DNA of 64,000 nucleotides from Clostridia bacterium. GTDB lineage: Bacteria; Bacillota; Clostridia; Oscillospirales; CAG-272. Shown here piece by piece: positions 9,380 through 19,118 of the stretch. Location of the stretch: assembly GCA_017397175.1 (NCBI GenBank), contig JAFQKA010000001.1:81439-145438 (forward strand), given 5' to 3'. Both the position numbers and the translations under genes were made by a program. The notes beneath the pieces were generated by a model. It worked only from the letters and a program-made list of their open reading frames with translations, was not told the DNA's origin and searched no databases. Positions within the stretch are counted from its first letter, which is position 1; each line of letters opens with the position of its first letter.

Positions 9380-10582
9380 ATGGAATTTAATTATCCCGAA
9401 TTTGTTGGCAAGATCCTGGCCGTTCTCGCGCATAACGGACATACGGGCTATATAGTTGGCGGAAGCTTGCGGGATATACTTTTGGGACTTGATCCCAACG
9501 ACTGGGACGTTACCACCTCCGCTCTGCCCGAAAGGGTCTGCGAAATTTTTCGCGCGGCGGGCTATTTGGTTGTTCCAACGGGTATAAAGCACGGCACGGT
9601 GACGGTGATCTGCGACGGTGAGAGCGTTGAGGTGACCACCTTTCGATCTGACGGAGAGTACAAGGATTCACGTCACCCCGAAAAGGTTACGTTCACGGGG
9701 GATATTGCCCACGATCTTTCGCGGCGCGATTTTACGGTCAATGCCATCGCATATAATCCCCGTGAGGGCTTGGTCGACCTGTTTTGCGGTGAGGACGACA
9801 TAAGAAAACGTCTTATCCGTTGTGTGGGAGAACCCGAGAAGCGTTTTGAAGAGGACGCTCTGCGGATATTGCGTGCGTTTCGTTTTATGAGTAAGCTGGA
9901 TTTTGAAATTGACGGCGAGACTTTGCGCGGAGCACAGAAAATGCGGAACGGACTGAAAAAGGTATCCCGAGAAAGGATCTTTGCCGAGATGTCGGGCTTG
10001 CTTGTGGGCAAAAGCGCGGGCAGGTCACTTGAGCTGATGGAAAAAACGGGAATTTTGCCTGTGATCTTTGAGGGATACGGCGAATATCTGCCGTCGACGC
10101 AGGTCATAGATCGGTTGTCTCCTGTTCTTTCATTACGTCTGGCGGCGCTTTTTTTAAACGCGCCCGTCAATATGCGCCATGAATGGATCAACTCGCTTAA
10201 AATGTCAAACGAGCTGAGATCGCAGGTCTTGAAATTGCTTGAAACGAGGAACGTGAGACCCGAAATGTCTCTGTACGGTGCCCGACGTTTTTTTGTTCGG
10301 TACGGAGAGCTTTCCGACCTTGCTTTTGAACTGCTTTCGCTGACCGATTTTTCTATTGACGAATTTGAGCCTTTTTTGCATTCGGTGCAAAAGGAGGATT
10401 TTCCGCAAAGCATAAAGGAGCTTGCCGTAAACGGCGGCGATCTTATGGCTGTGGGCATAAGATCCGGTGAGGGACTTGGCGAACTGCTTGAAAAACTGTT
10501 CGATGCCGCTCTCCGCGATCCTTCTCTCAACGTCAGAGAAAAATTGCTTGAAATGACAAAATCGCACAAAGAGTTTATTTAA
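9380..10582 (+). CDS. cca: CCA tRNA nucleotidyltransferase
   Basis: GGSLRD, DWDVTT, EVTTFR, DLSRRDFTVNA, RFEEDALRILRAFRF. Confidence 0.93.
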   Translation: MEFNYPEFVGKILAVLAHNGHTGYIVGGSLRDILLGLDPNDWDVTTSALPERVCEIFRAAGYLVVPTGIKHGTVTVICDGESVEVTTFRSDGEYKDSRHPEKVTFTGDIAHDLSRRDFTVNAIAYNPREGLVDLFCGEDDIRKRLIRCVGEPEKRFEEDALRILRAFRFMSKLDFEIDGETLRGAQKMRNGLKKVSRERIFAEMSGLLVGKSAGRSLELMEKTGILPVIFEGYGEYLPSTQVIDRLSPVLSLRLAALFLNAPVNMRHEWINSLKMSNELRSQVLKLLETRNVRPEMSLYGARRFFVRYGELSDLAFELLSLTDFSIDEFEPFLHSVQKEDFPQSIKELAVNGGDLMAVGIRSGEGLGELLEKLFDAALRDPSLNVREKLLEMTKSHKEFI

Positions 10583-10590
10583 ACTCCTTA

Positions 10591-10635
10591 TTTTAAAAGT
10601 TTTTGGGGTTTGGGACTTTTTTCAAAAAGTTTCAA
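10591..10635 (+). repeat. 45-bp palindromic intergenic element, copy 1
   Basis: 41/45 identical to the reverse complement of 40930-40974 (manual alignment). Confidence 0.85.
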
Positions 10636-10645
10636 GAAAAATACT

Positions 10646-11086
10646 ATGCAAAGAATAAAAGAAACAAAAGGAAGAATAATCGGCGTGGACTTCGGGGAGG
10701 TACGCACGGGCGTTGCCGTATCGGACGTAAGCCGTTTTTTGGCGTCGGGCATCGGTTACATAAAGGTTGGCGGACTTGAAAAGACCGCCGCAAAAATCGC
10801 CGAGATAGCTGCCGAGCAGCAAGCGGGCGCTATTGTTGTGGGGTGTCCCGTGAACATGGACGGCTCACAGGGGCCGAGGGCCGAGCGTTGCCGCGCTTTT
10901 GCCGCGAAAGTGGAAGAGCTGACGGGTCTTCCGGTTGCCATGATGGACGAGCGAATGACCACTATGGCGGCATCGAGATTTTTAAATGAGACGAATACCC
11001 GGGGGGCAAAAAGAAAGACCGTCATTGACACCCTCTCGGCGCAGATAATACTTCAGAATTTTCTTGACAGACTGAAAAACACATAA
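10646..11086 (+). CDS. ruvX: YqgF/RuvX pre-16S rRNA nuclease
   Basis: IIGVDFGEVRTGVAVSD, VVGCP.NMDGS, DERMTT, IDTLSAQIILQ. Confidence 0.93.
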   Translation: MQRIKETKGRIIGVDFGEVRTGVAVSDVSRFLASGIGYIKVGGLEKTAAKIAEIAAEQQAGAIVVGCPVNMDGSQGPRAERCRAFAAKVEELTGLPVAMMDERMTTMAASRFLNETNTRGAKRKTVIDTLSAQIILQNFLDRLKNT

Positions 11087-11103
11087 AAAGCGAGGACTGA
11101 AAA

Positions 11104-12507
11104 TTGCTTTTTTCATCATTTGAATTTATATTTTTGTTCCTGCCGGTGACCTTGGCGCTGTATTATGCCGCGCCCATGAAATTGAGAAACTTCGTGCTTC
11201 TTGTCATGAGTATCATTTTCTACGGCTGGGACGTAAAGCACTATATTTTGCTGATGTTTGCCACCATTGCTCTTGATTATGCTATGGCGATCGCCGTTTC
11301 GGCGGCTGTAAAGCGCGGCAAAAGGACGGGTGCAAAGTGGCTTTTGGCGCTGACGGTGGTGCTGAATTTGGCGATTCTGGGCTTTTTCAAATATTTTGGA
11401 TTCGCCGCCGACATTTTCTCGTCTCTGACGGGAATATCGGTAAGCGTTCCCCAGGTGACCTTGCCCGTGGGAATTTCATTTTACACCTTCCAGTCTTTGT
11501 CCTACGTTATCGACGTGTACAGGCAGGAATGCGCGGCGCAGCTTAACCCCGTTACCTTTGGCGCATACGTTACCATGTACCCTCAGCTGATAGCCGGCCC
11601 CATCGTTCGCTACGTTGACGTGGAAAAGCAGCTGCAGTCGCGTACTCACAGCTTTGCCATGTTTGCCGACGGAATCCGTATTTTTACCGTAGGCCTTGCC
11701 AAAAAGGTGCTTCTTGCAAATCCTGCGGGGGAGATGTGGAAGCATTATCTTGAGCTTCATGCGGACGAGCGCAGCTTTGTTGGCGCTGTTCTGGGAGTTG
11801 TGTTCTTTACCTTCCAGATATATTTCGACTTTTCGGGTTATTCTGATATGGCGGTGGGTCTTGGAAAGATGCTTGGATTTGAATTTTGCATCAACTTCAA
11901 TTATCCCTATACCGCAAAAAGTATTCAGGATTTCTGGCGGCGTTGGCATATTTCGCTGTCCACCTGGTTCAGAGAGTACGTTTATATCCCTCTTGGCGGC
12001 AACAGATGCTCGATCCCGCGTCATATTTTCAACCTGTTTGCCGTCTGGTCGCTGACGGGTCTGTGGCACGGCGCCAGCTATAATTTCGTGCTTTGGGGTG
12101 TATTCTATTTTGTTCTTCTGACCCTGGAAAAGTACGTTTACGGAAAGGCACTTGCAAAATTGCCCTCGTTTGTACAGAGGATTTACACACTTTTCTTTGT
12201 GGCTGTAGGCTGGCTCATATTTGAAATGACAAGCGCGGAGAGGGTGTCCTCTTATCTGCCCTCCTTTGTTGGAAGCGGCGGGTTTGCAAATTCCTCCGAC
12301 CTTTGGGAAATTGCAAGAAATGCACTCTTTATCGTTATTTTGGCCGTGGGTTCGACCACACTTCCAAAACGGCTGTGGAGTAAGATGGAATCAAAGACCA
12401 CCGCTACAGCATATATTTCAATACCCCTTTGCATGGCGGCCATAATCCTTTGCTGTGCTTACCTTGCAAGCTCCGGCTTTAATCCTTTCCTTTATTTCAG
12501 ATTCTGA
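11104..12507 (+). CDS. MBOAT O-acyltransferase (AlgI/PatA-like)
   Basis: LPVGISFYTFQ, PQLIAGPIVRY, QIYFDFSGYSDMA, FWRRWHISL, GLWHGA. Confidence 0.95.
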   Translation: MLFSSFEFIFLFLPVTLALYYAAPMKLRNFVLLVMSIIFYGWDVKHYILLMFATIALDYAMAIAVSAAVKRGKRTGAKWLLALTVVLNLAILGFFKYFGFAADIFSSLTGISVSVPQVTLPVGISFYTFQSLSYVIDVYRQECAAQLNPVTFGAYVTMYPQLIAGPIVRYVDVEKQLQSRTHSFAMFADGIRIFTVGLAKKVLLANPAGEMWKHYLELHADERSFVGAVLGVVFFTFQIYFDFSGYSDMAVGLGKMLGFEFCINFNYPYTAKSIQDFWRRWHISLSTWFREYVYIPLGGNRCSIPRHIFNLFAVWSLTGLWHGASYNFVLWGVFYFVLLTLEKYVYGKALAKLPSFVQRIYTLFFVAVGWLIFEMTSAERVSSYLPSFVGSGGFANSSDLWEIARNALFIVILAVGSTTLPKRLWSKMESKTTATAYISIPLCMAAIILCCAYLASSGFNPFLYFRF

Positions 12508-12521
12508 CGAGGTGAAACTGT

Positions 12522-13691
12522 ATGACAGATCTTATTTGCAAGCTTTTTGTCCGTGAAAACGGACAAAATCCTGCGGAATCCCCCGATTTGCGCCGCCGAT
12601 ACGGAACGCTTGGAAGTATCGTGGGAATAATTATAAATCTCCTGCTTTTCGCGGGAAAGATAGTGGTGGGTACTCTGACCGCGTCTATCTCGGTCACGGC
12701 TGACGCTGTGAACAACCTGTCGGATGCAGGATCTTCGGTAATATCGCTTATCAGCTTCCGTCTTTCCGCAAAACCGGCCGACCGCGAGCACCCATTTGGG
12801 CACGCGCGCACCGAATACGTGGCATCTATGATAGTTTCCTTTATCATAATGCTCATCGGCTACGAGCTTTTTGCCGATTCGCTTTCAAAGGCGATAAACG
12901 GCGGCAAGGAGACACACCACACCGCTGTGACTATGATAGTTCTCGGTGCTTCCATTCTCTTGAAAGTGTGGCTTTGCCTGTTCAACCGAAAGGTCGGAAA
13001 GAAGATAAATTCGGGCGTTATGCGCGCTACTGCCGCCGACAGCCTGTCCGATGCGGTGGCAACCAGTGCGGTCTTGATCGCGGCGGTGATATCTATGGTC
13101 ACAAAGTACGATATTGACGCTTACATGGGCATTCTGGCGTCTCTGTTTATCTTCAAATCGGGAATTGACATTTTCCGCGAGACCTACGATTCTTTGCTTG
13201 GCACGTCCCCCGAGGAAGAGCTGGTGAAGAACGTGGAGAGAATTATCCTCGCTCACCCCGAGGCCATCGGTATTCACGATCTTATGGTACATAATTACGG
13301 CCCCGGCCGTTGCTTTGTTTCCTCTCACGTTGAAGTCGACGGTTCAAGGGATATTTTCGAAACGCACGACGCCATTGACAACATTGAAAAAGAACTTTCC
13401 GAGGCTTTGGGCGTTCATTGCGTTATTCACCTTGATCCGATTGCCGTGGGAGACGAAAAGGTCAATGCACTCAGGGAAAAGACGCTTGAAATAGTAAAGA
13501 CGGTTGACCGGAGGCTGAACATTCACGATTTCAGGATCGTTCCCGGTACCACGCACTGCAACCTGATCTTCGACGTTGCCGCACCCTTTGAGCTGAAGCT
13601 CGGAGATGACGAACTGGCGGGCATCATAGCGGACAAAATCCATAGAGAGGACGGCTATTATTTTGCCGTGATAACGGTTGACAGACAGTAA
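12522..13691 (+). CDS. Cation diffusion facilitator transporter
   Basis: ADAVNNLSD, KPADREHPFGHAR.EY, DSLSD, HDLMVHNYGP. Confidence 0.93.
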   Translation: MTDLICKLFVRENGQNPAESPDLRRRYGTLGSIVGIIINLLLFAGKIVVGTLTASISVTADAVNNLSDAGSSVISLISFRLSAKPADREHPFGHARTEYVASMIVSFIIMLIGYELFADSLSKAINGGKETHHTAVTMIVLGASILLKVWLCLFNRKVGKKINSGVMRATAADSLSDAVATSAVLIAAVISMVTKYDIDAYMGILASLFIFKSGIDIFRETYDSLLGTSPEEELVKNVERIILAHPEAIGIHDLMVHNYGPGRCFVSSHVEVDGSRDIFETHDAIDNIEKELSEALGVHCVIHLDPIAVGDEKVNALREKTLEIVKTVDRRLNIHDFRIVPGTTHCNLIFDVAAPFELKLGDDELAGIIADKIHREDGYYFAVITVDRQ

Positions 13692-14089
13692 TGGCAAAGG
13701 GAAGATTTGAGATCAGCATGACCGACGGCGGCAATTATACATATCGCCTCCTGACGGTGGGAGGACGGGTAGTCACCCTGGGCGGCGAATATAAAACTCT
13801 CCCCGTGTGCAAAAAGGGAATTGCCAGCCTGCGGATAAATTCGGATGCGCCCGTGTGCGATCTGACGGCGGAGTTTTCTGCCGAGCGGGAGCGCGCGGCG
13901 GCGGAAAAATGCCCCAAAATTGAGATCTTTGCCGCAGACGGAGGTTACGGATACTGCTATCGGGTAAGGGCAAAGAACGGTTCGGAGATTGCTCGAGGCC
14001 AGGTGGCGGGCACAAAGCTGCGCTGTCTTGAGGCTATCGAGACTATGAAGAAAATAGCATTTTCGGCTGAGAGCGAATTGAATTTCTGA
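13691..14089 (+). CDS. YegP/DUF1508-family protein (two repeats)
   Basis: GRFEI...YRL...YKT...CKKGIASL..N and KIEIF...YRVRAKNGSEIA tandem repeats. Confidence 0.7.
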   Translation: MAKGRFEISMTDGGNYTYRLLTVGGRVVTLGGEYKTLPVCKKGIASLRINSDAPVCDLTAEFSAERERAAAEKCPKIEIFAADGGYGYCYRVRAKNGSEIARGQVAGTKLRCLEAIETMKKIAFSAESELNF

Positions 14090-14127
14090 AATAAAAACGG
14101 ACACTGTGAAGTGTCCGTTTTTATTTC
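14088..14127 (+). terminator. Intrinsic terminator
   Basis: 18-bp stem GAAATAAAAACGGACACT/AGTGTCCGTTTTTATTTC with GTGA loop. Confidence 0.85.
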
Positions 14128-14190
14128 GAATATTTTGTCCGTCCTTACCATATAATGACCTTGAGAGTTACTTTCACGGGAGGAAAAGTT

Positions 14191-14673
14191 ATGTTCATCT
14201 ATTCACTTCGGGCAAATACCGTTAAGTTTTTCGGTGTGATCTGCGTTGCTCTGATCGCACTAATTACCCTCATTGCGTTCATTCCCGCATACGAGCCGGA
14301 CGTGGCGACCTCGGGCAACGTGGCAGAACAGGTCAGCGTGTCTTACAGCAAGATAAAGACCAACGAGGACAGAATAAAATTTTTGTCTCAGTTTGGCTGG
14401 GAGGTGGACGCACAGCCGCTTGAGGAAAAGGAAGTGGTCATTCCCGCCGAGTTTGACAAGATCTTTGCCGGCTATAATCAGATCCAGCGCGCACAAGGGC
14501 TTGACCTTGGCAAATATAAAAAGAAGAAGCTTATGCGCTATACATACAACGTGACCAATTACGGCACCGAGGGTACGGTTTATGCGAATCTCCTTGTCTA
14601 TCGCAACCGCGTGGTAGGTGGCGACATCTGTTCCTCCGACGCGGGTGGGTTCGTACAAGGGTTTGAAAAATAA
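14191..14673 (+). CDS. DUF4830-family membrane-anchored protein
   Basis: ATG 14191 after GGAGG; TNEDRIKFLSQFGWEV, IP.EFD...YN.IQ..QGLDL, VVGGDIC. Confidence 0.75.
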   Translation: MFIYSLRANTVKFFGVICVALIALITLIAFIPAYEPDVATSGNVAEQVSVSYSKIKTNEDRIKFLSQFGWEVDAQPLEEKEVVIPAEFDKIFAGYNQIQRAQGLDLGKYKKKKLMRYTYNVTNYGTEGTVYANLLVYRNRVVGGDICSSDAGGFVQGFEK

Positions 14674-14674
14674 G

Positions 14675-14705
14675 AAAACGGGATTCCCTGGGGGAATCCC
14701 GTTTT
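14675..14705. terminator. Bidirectional intrinsic terminator
   Basis: AAAACGGGATTCCC-TGG-GGGAATCCCGTTTT. Confidence 0.9.
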
Positions 14706-14709
14706 TAAA

Positions 14710-15780
14710 TTAAAGCTCGAGAGCCATATCTCCCGTTTTGATAAGCCCGATCTTTCTCATGATCTCGTTGAAGATTACCGAGAGGATCGCAGGGAGGACG
14801 ATGCAGACCAGCACAAGTCCTATCCAGAAGAACGCGTCCTTTTCTGCCGCATCGGTGATGATGCCCAGAGGGCCGACCAGACCGCAGGTTCCCATACCTG
14901 CCGAAACACCCGTGCATTCAAGCTTGAATAAGCAGGTGGAAATAGGACCTGTTACGGCGGAGGCCAAGGTCACGGGGAGCCAGATGATAGGCTTGCGGAC
15001 GATGTTGCCCATCTGAAGCATGGAGGTTCCCAGACCCTGAGCCACAACGCCACCCCACTTGTTCTCGCGGAAGCTGATCACAGCAAATCCAACCCTCTGA
15101 GCGCAGCAGCCTGCCGCCGCCGCACCGCCTGCAAGTCCGGAAATTCCGATCATGGCGCAGATTGCCGCGGAGCTGATGGGCAGGGTGAGAATGATACCGA
15201 CAACGACCGAGATGATAATACCCATAAGGAAGGGACGAAGCTCGGTAGCAGTGTTGATGAAGTCGCCCAGCCAGTACATGGCAACAGCGATCCAGGGGCA
15301 GATAAGCTTTGATACCAACACACCCGAGAGGATCGAAACGGTGGGCGTTACGATGATGTCGACCTTTGTTTCCTTTGAAACGAGCTTTCCAAGTTCAACT
15401 GCCACAATGACTGCGATAAAAGCACCTGCAGGACCGGCGGTCAGCGCTTTTTCAACGCCGCCGATGGTGAAGGTGTCACCGATGGCGTATCCTGCGTAAC
15501 CCACAGCACCGGCACAGTACATAACAAGCGGGGGAGCTTTCAGAGCGTTTGCCACAGCCACACCGATAACCGCGCCGCTGACAGCGGTGGCATAGCCTGC
15601 CGTTTCAATGAGAAATTTGCCAACAGCACCGGGAATATATCCGCCGATGGTCTTGAAGATGGTGGCAATAAGCAGGGAAGCGAAAAGACCCAGTGCCATT
15701 GCGCCCATGGCATCAATAAAATAACGTTTTGCCGAAAACTCGATGTCCTTTTTCTTGAGGAAATTTTTAAATTTGCTCAA
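14710..15780 (-). CDS. PTS EIIC-like (PfoR/EIIC_2 family) membrane protein
   Basis: MALGLFASL, KETKVDIIVTP, LTLPISSAA, AQGLGTSMLQ, GMGTCGLVGP. Confidence 0.85.
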   Translation of the reverse strand: MSKFKNFLKKKDIEFSAKRYFIDAMGAMALGLFASLLIATIFKTIGGYIPGAVGKFLIETAGYATAVSGAVIGVAVANALKAPPLVMYCAGAVGYAGYAIGDTFTIGGVEKALTAGPAGAFIAVIVAVELGKLVSKETKVDIIVTPTVSILSGVLVSKLICPWIAVAMYWLGDFINTATELRPFLMGIIISVVVGIILTLPISSAAICAMIGISGLAGGAAAAGCCAQRVGFAVISFRENKWGGVVAQGLGTSMLQMGNIVRKPIIWLPVTLASAVTGPISTCLFKLECTGVSAGMGTCGLVGPLGIITDAAEKDAFFWIGLVLVCIVLPAILSVIFNEIMRKIGLIKTGDMALEL

Positions 15781-15992
15781 TTTGATTCACAACCTTTCAA
15801 AAATGAATTATTATACATTGTTTGAAGTATATTTTACTACGAAAAAACCTGTCTGTCAATAACAATAACGGGATTTGTCAAATTCTGTGAAAAATCAACA
15901 TTTTTTGAATAAATTTTCTTTGTCCTATTTACATTTTTTCAAATTGTGCTATAATAAATAGGTAAATTTTGCTTGAATGAGAGGGCTGGATC

Positions 15993-17504
15993 ATGAATAT
16001 ATATGAATCACTTCACCGCCTGGTGAATTACGCCATAAGAACAGGGCTGATCGAGGAGTGCGACAGAGCATATTCGCTCAACCGAATAGCGGAGATCTTG
16101 GGACTTGACGAGGTAGAGGACTGCGGTGTCCGTTTGTCGATCAAAGCGGAGGAGGACGAGCTTGAGGAGGTTCTTTGCGCCATCTGCGACTATGCGGCAG
16201 AAAAGGGCCTTATCGAGAGCAACACGGTAGTTTACCGTGATCTTTTCGATACGAAGATCATGGGCGCGCTGACCCCGAGACCAAGCGAGGTGCAGTCGAG
16301 ATTTGCGTCCCTTTACGGGGAAGATCCCGAAAAGGCAACCGATTATTTTTACAATATCAGCCGTGCAAGCGACTATATCCGTGCATACAGAGTCAAGCGC
16401 GACCTTAAATGGGCGGTTCCCTCCGAGTACGGAGATATTGATATTTCCATCAATCTGTCAAAGCCGGAAAAGGATCCAAAGGCAATAGCCGCCGCAAAGC
16501 TTCTCCCTCAGGCGGGCTACCCCAAATGTCTCCTTTGCCGTGAGAATGAGGGATATGCGGGCAGACTTAACCACCCCGCAAGACAGAACCTGCGCCTGAT
16601 CCCCCTCAAGATAGACGGCTGTGACTGGTTTATGCAGTATTCCCCTTACGTTTATTATAACGAGCATTGCATAGTGCTTAACAGCGAGCACACGCCTATG
16701 GCAATTAACCGCTCGACCTTTGGTAAGCTCCTTGATTTCATTGAGTATCTGCCTCATTATTTCATAGGATCCAATGCGGATCTGCCTATCGTCGGCGGCT
16801 CAATTCTCAGCCATGATCATATGCAGGGCGGCCGCTATACCTTTGCTATGGAAAAGGCACCTGTCGATAAAAAGATCACCTTCAAGGGCTACGAGGATAT
16901 CGAGGCGGGACTTGTAAAGTGGCCTATGTCGGTCATTCGTATTGCAGGCAAGGACAAGAGCAGACTTGTGGATCTGGCGGATAAGATACTTCTTGCCTGG
17001 AGAGGGTATACGGACGAAGATGCATTTATTTTTGCGGAAACCGACGGCGAGCCTCACAACACGATAACACCTATCGCCAGAACAAGAAACGGTAAATTCG
17101 AGCTTGATCTTGTGCTCCGAAATAATATTACAACAGAGGAACACCCCCTGGGCGTTTATCACCCTCACGCGCAGTACCATAATGTCAAGAAGGAGAACAT
17201 CGGACTGATCGAGGTCATGGGTCTGGCGATCCTTCCCGCCCGTCTCAAGGACGAGCTTGAGATGATGAAGGATATTATTCTTTCTGGCGGTGACCTGAGA
17301 GCAAACGAGGCCACCGAAAAGCACGCGGATTGGTTTGACGCATTTAAGGACAAATACACCTTTACGGCAGAGAACACCGAGGAGATATTGCGGCACGAGG
17401 TTGGCGTTACCTTTACCCACGTTCTTGAGGACGCAGGCGTTTATAAGAACACCGAGGACGGCCGCAGAGCGTTCATGAGATTCGTTGATTATTTGAATAA
17501 GTAA
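15993..17504 (+). CDS. galT: UDP-glucose--hexose-1-phosphate uridylyltransferase (Gram-positive type)
   Basis: INLSKPEKDPK, YPKCLLC.ENEGY, QYSPYVYYNEHCI, GSNADLPIVGGSILSHDH. Confidence 0.96.
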   Translation: MNIYESLHRLVNYAIRTGLIEECDRAYSLNRIAEILGLDEVEDCGVRLSIKAEEDELEEVLCAICDYAAEKGLIESNTVVYRDLFDTKIMGALTPRPSEVQSRFASLYGEDPEKATDYFYNISRASDYIRAYRVKRDLKWAVPSEYGDIDISINLSKPEKDPKAIAAAKLLPQAGYPKCLLCRENEGYAGRLNHPARQNLRLIPLKIDGCDWFMQYSPYVYYNEHCIVLNSEHTPMAINRSTFGKLLDFIEYLPHYFIGSNADLPIVGGSILSHDHMQGGRYTFAMEKAPVDKKITFKGYEDIEAGLVKWPMSVIRIAGKDKSRLVDLADKILLAWRGYTDEDAFIFAETDGEPHNTITPIARTRNGKFELDLVLRNNITTEEHPLGVYHPHAQYHNVKKENIGLIEVMGLAILPARLKDELEMMKDIILSGGDLRANEATEKHADWFDAFKDKYTFTAENTEEILRHEVGVTFTHVLEDAGVYKNTEDGRRAFMRFVDYLNK

Positions 17505-17507
17505 AAT

Positions 17508-17539
17508 AAAAAAGGCATACGCGTGCGTATGCCTTTTTT
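17508..17539. terminator. Bidirectional intrinsic terminator
   Basis: AAAAAAGGCATACGC-GT-GCGTATGCCTTTTTT between convergent genes. Confidence 0.9.
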
Positions 17540-17540
17540 G

Positions 17541-18725
17541 TTATTTATATTCATCTGCCAGCATTTTAAAATAGGGCAGGGCGCGTTCGACTCTTTCGGT
17601 GGGAACGCAGAAGGAAATGCGCACGTGACCGGGACAGCCGAATCCGTCGCCGGGAACGATAAGCAGATTGTATTTTTTTGCTCGTTCGGAGAACGCCACT
17701 GCGTCCGGCTCAAGAGACCTGGGGAACAGGTAGAATGTTCCGCCCGGCTCTACTACGTGGTAGCCGTATTCACGGAGATTTTTCACAAGCAGATCGCGGT
17801 TGCGCTCGTATACCGAAATGTCGGCAGTCATATCACAGCATTTCGCGCACACTCTCTGAAAAAGTGACGGTGCGTTGACGTAGCCGAGGGACCGTCCCGC
17901 ACCTGCCACGGCGGCATAGACTGTCTCATGGTCGGTGACGCTGTCGGGAACAAGCACGTAGCCCATTCGCTCTCCGGGCAGAGACAAAGCCTTTGACCAG
18001 GAGTAGCAAACGATGGTGTTGTCATAGTATTTCGGAATATAGGGAACGGTCACGCCCGAAAAAACTATCTCTCGGTAAGGCTCGTCCGAGATGAGGTAGA
18101 TAGGCTCGCCGTATTCTTGCGATTTTGCACGCAGAATTTCGGACAGGCGAATTACCGTCTCCTCCGAATATACCGCACCCGAGGGATTGTTTGGAGAGTT
18201 GACAATAACTCCCTTCGTGTGCGGAGTGATCGCCGCTTCAAGCGCGTCAAAATCTATCTGAAATCCCTCGACGTCTGCGGGGATCATGACCATTTTTGCG
18301 CCTGCCGCCTCGATAAATACCTTGTATTCGGGGAAATAGGGTGCGAAAACGATAAATTCGTCGTCGGGACAAGTCAAGCCTGTCAAAGCGCAGGACAGCG
18401 CCGCCGCGGCACCTACTGTCATATAGAGGTTGTCCGCTCTGAAATTTACCCCGTGGCGACGGTTTATTGACTGCGCCACCGTTTCGCGCACCTGCGCATC
18501 TCCCTGCGCGCTTGTGTAGCCGTGGAGAGTGACGGGGTCTGATTCGCGGATCAGTCTGATTATTTCTTCATTTACGCAGTCGGGCGCGGGAACGCTCGGA
18601 TTGCCGATGGAAAAGTCGAAAACGTTTTCTTCGCCTATCTGCGCGGCCCTTTTCTTTCCGAACTCAAACAGCTCGCGTATAACACTTCGCTGGCTTCCCA
18701 ACTTTATCATTTTTTCGGGTAACAT
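17541..18725 (-). CDS. PLP-dependent aminotransferase class I/II (aspartate aminotransferase-like)
   Basis: FDFSIGNP, NSPNNPSG, ISDEPYREI, SWSKALSLPGERMG, HVRISFC. Confidence 0.93.
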   Translation of the reverse strand: MLPEKMIKLGSQRSVIRELFEFGKKRAAQIGEENVFDFSIGNPSVPAPDCVNEEIIRLIRESDPVTLHGYTSAQGDAQVRETVAQSINRRHGVNFRADNLYMTVGAAAALSCALTGLTCPDDEFIVFAPYFPEYKVFIEAAGAKMVMIPADVEGFQIDFDALEAAITPHTKGVIVNSPNNPSGAVYSEETVIRLSEILRAKSQEYGEPIYLISDEPYREIVFSGVTVPYIPKYYDNTIVCYSWSKALSLPGERMGYVLVPDSVTDHETVYAAVAGAGRSLGYVNAPSLFQRVCAKCCDMTADISVYERNRDLLVKNLREYGYHVVEPGGTFYLFPRSLEPDAVAFSERAKKYNLLIVPGDGFGCPGHVRISFCVPTERVERALPYFKMLADEYK

Positions 18726-18811
18726 GGTATCACTCCTTGTATTTTATGGCTTATATTTTACCACAAAAAACAAAAAAAGTACATATTTTTTGCAAATAAA
18801 TGCCGAAAACA

Positions 18812-18840
18812 TTGACATTTTTCGATTTTTGGCGTATAAT
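18812..18840 (+). promoter_or_regulatory. Consensus sigma-A promoter
   Basis: TTGACA-17 nt-TATAAT perfect match. Confidence 0.85.
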
Positions 18841-18871
18841 TTGATTGTAAAATCAAAAAGGAGAATTTATC

Positions 18872-19111
18872 ATGGATTTACTTAGAAAAATTTGGCCTAC
18901 ACCCTTCAAGATCGAAAAGGGTAATATCGTTTCCTTCCTCATTCAGCTGATTATCTTCCTTGTGATCACAGCTGTTGTTGGTTGGCTTATCGCTATTCTC
19001 GCAAAGATTGCGATCGTAGGCATCATTTTCGGTCTCATCGGCTCCCTCATGGGGATCTATGGTCTGGTGGGCATCGTTCTCTGTATCCTCAAGTTCCTTG
19101 GAATAGTTTAA
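18872..19111 (+). CDS. Small two-TM membrane protein, unknown function
   Basis: 79 aa, AGGAG RBS, own promoter and terminator, very hydrophobic. Confidence 0.8.
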   Translation: MDLLRKIWPTPFKIEKGNIVSFLIQLIIFLVITAVVGWLIAILAKIAIVGIIFGLIGSLMGIYGLVGIVLCILKFLGIV

Positions 19112-19118
19112 AACGATC

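Noticed and set aside
10610-10645. TTG start for ruvX given by the ORF track
   Set aside because: Falls inside the 45-bp repeat; ATG 10646 gives a more typical length.
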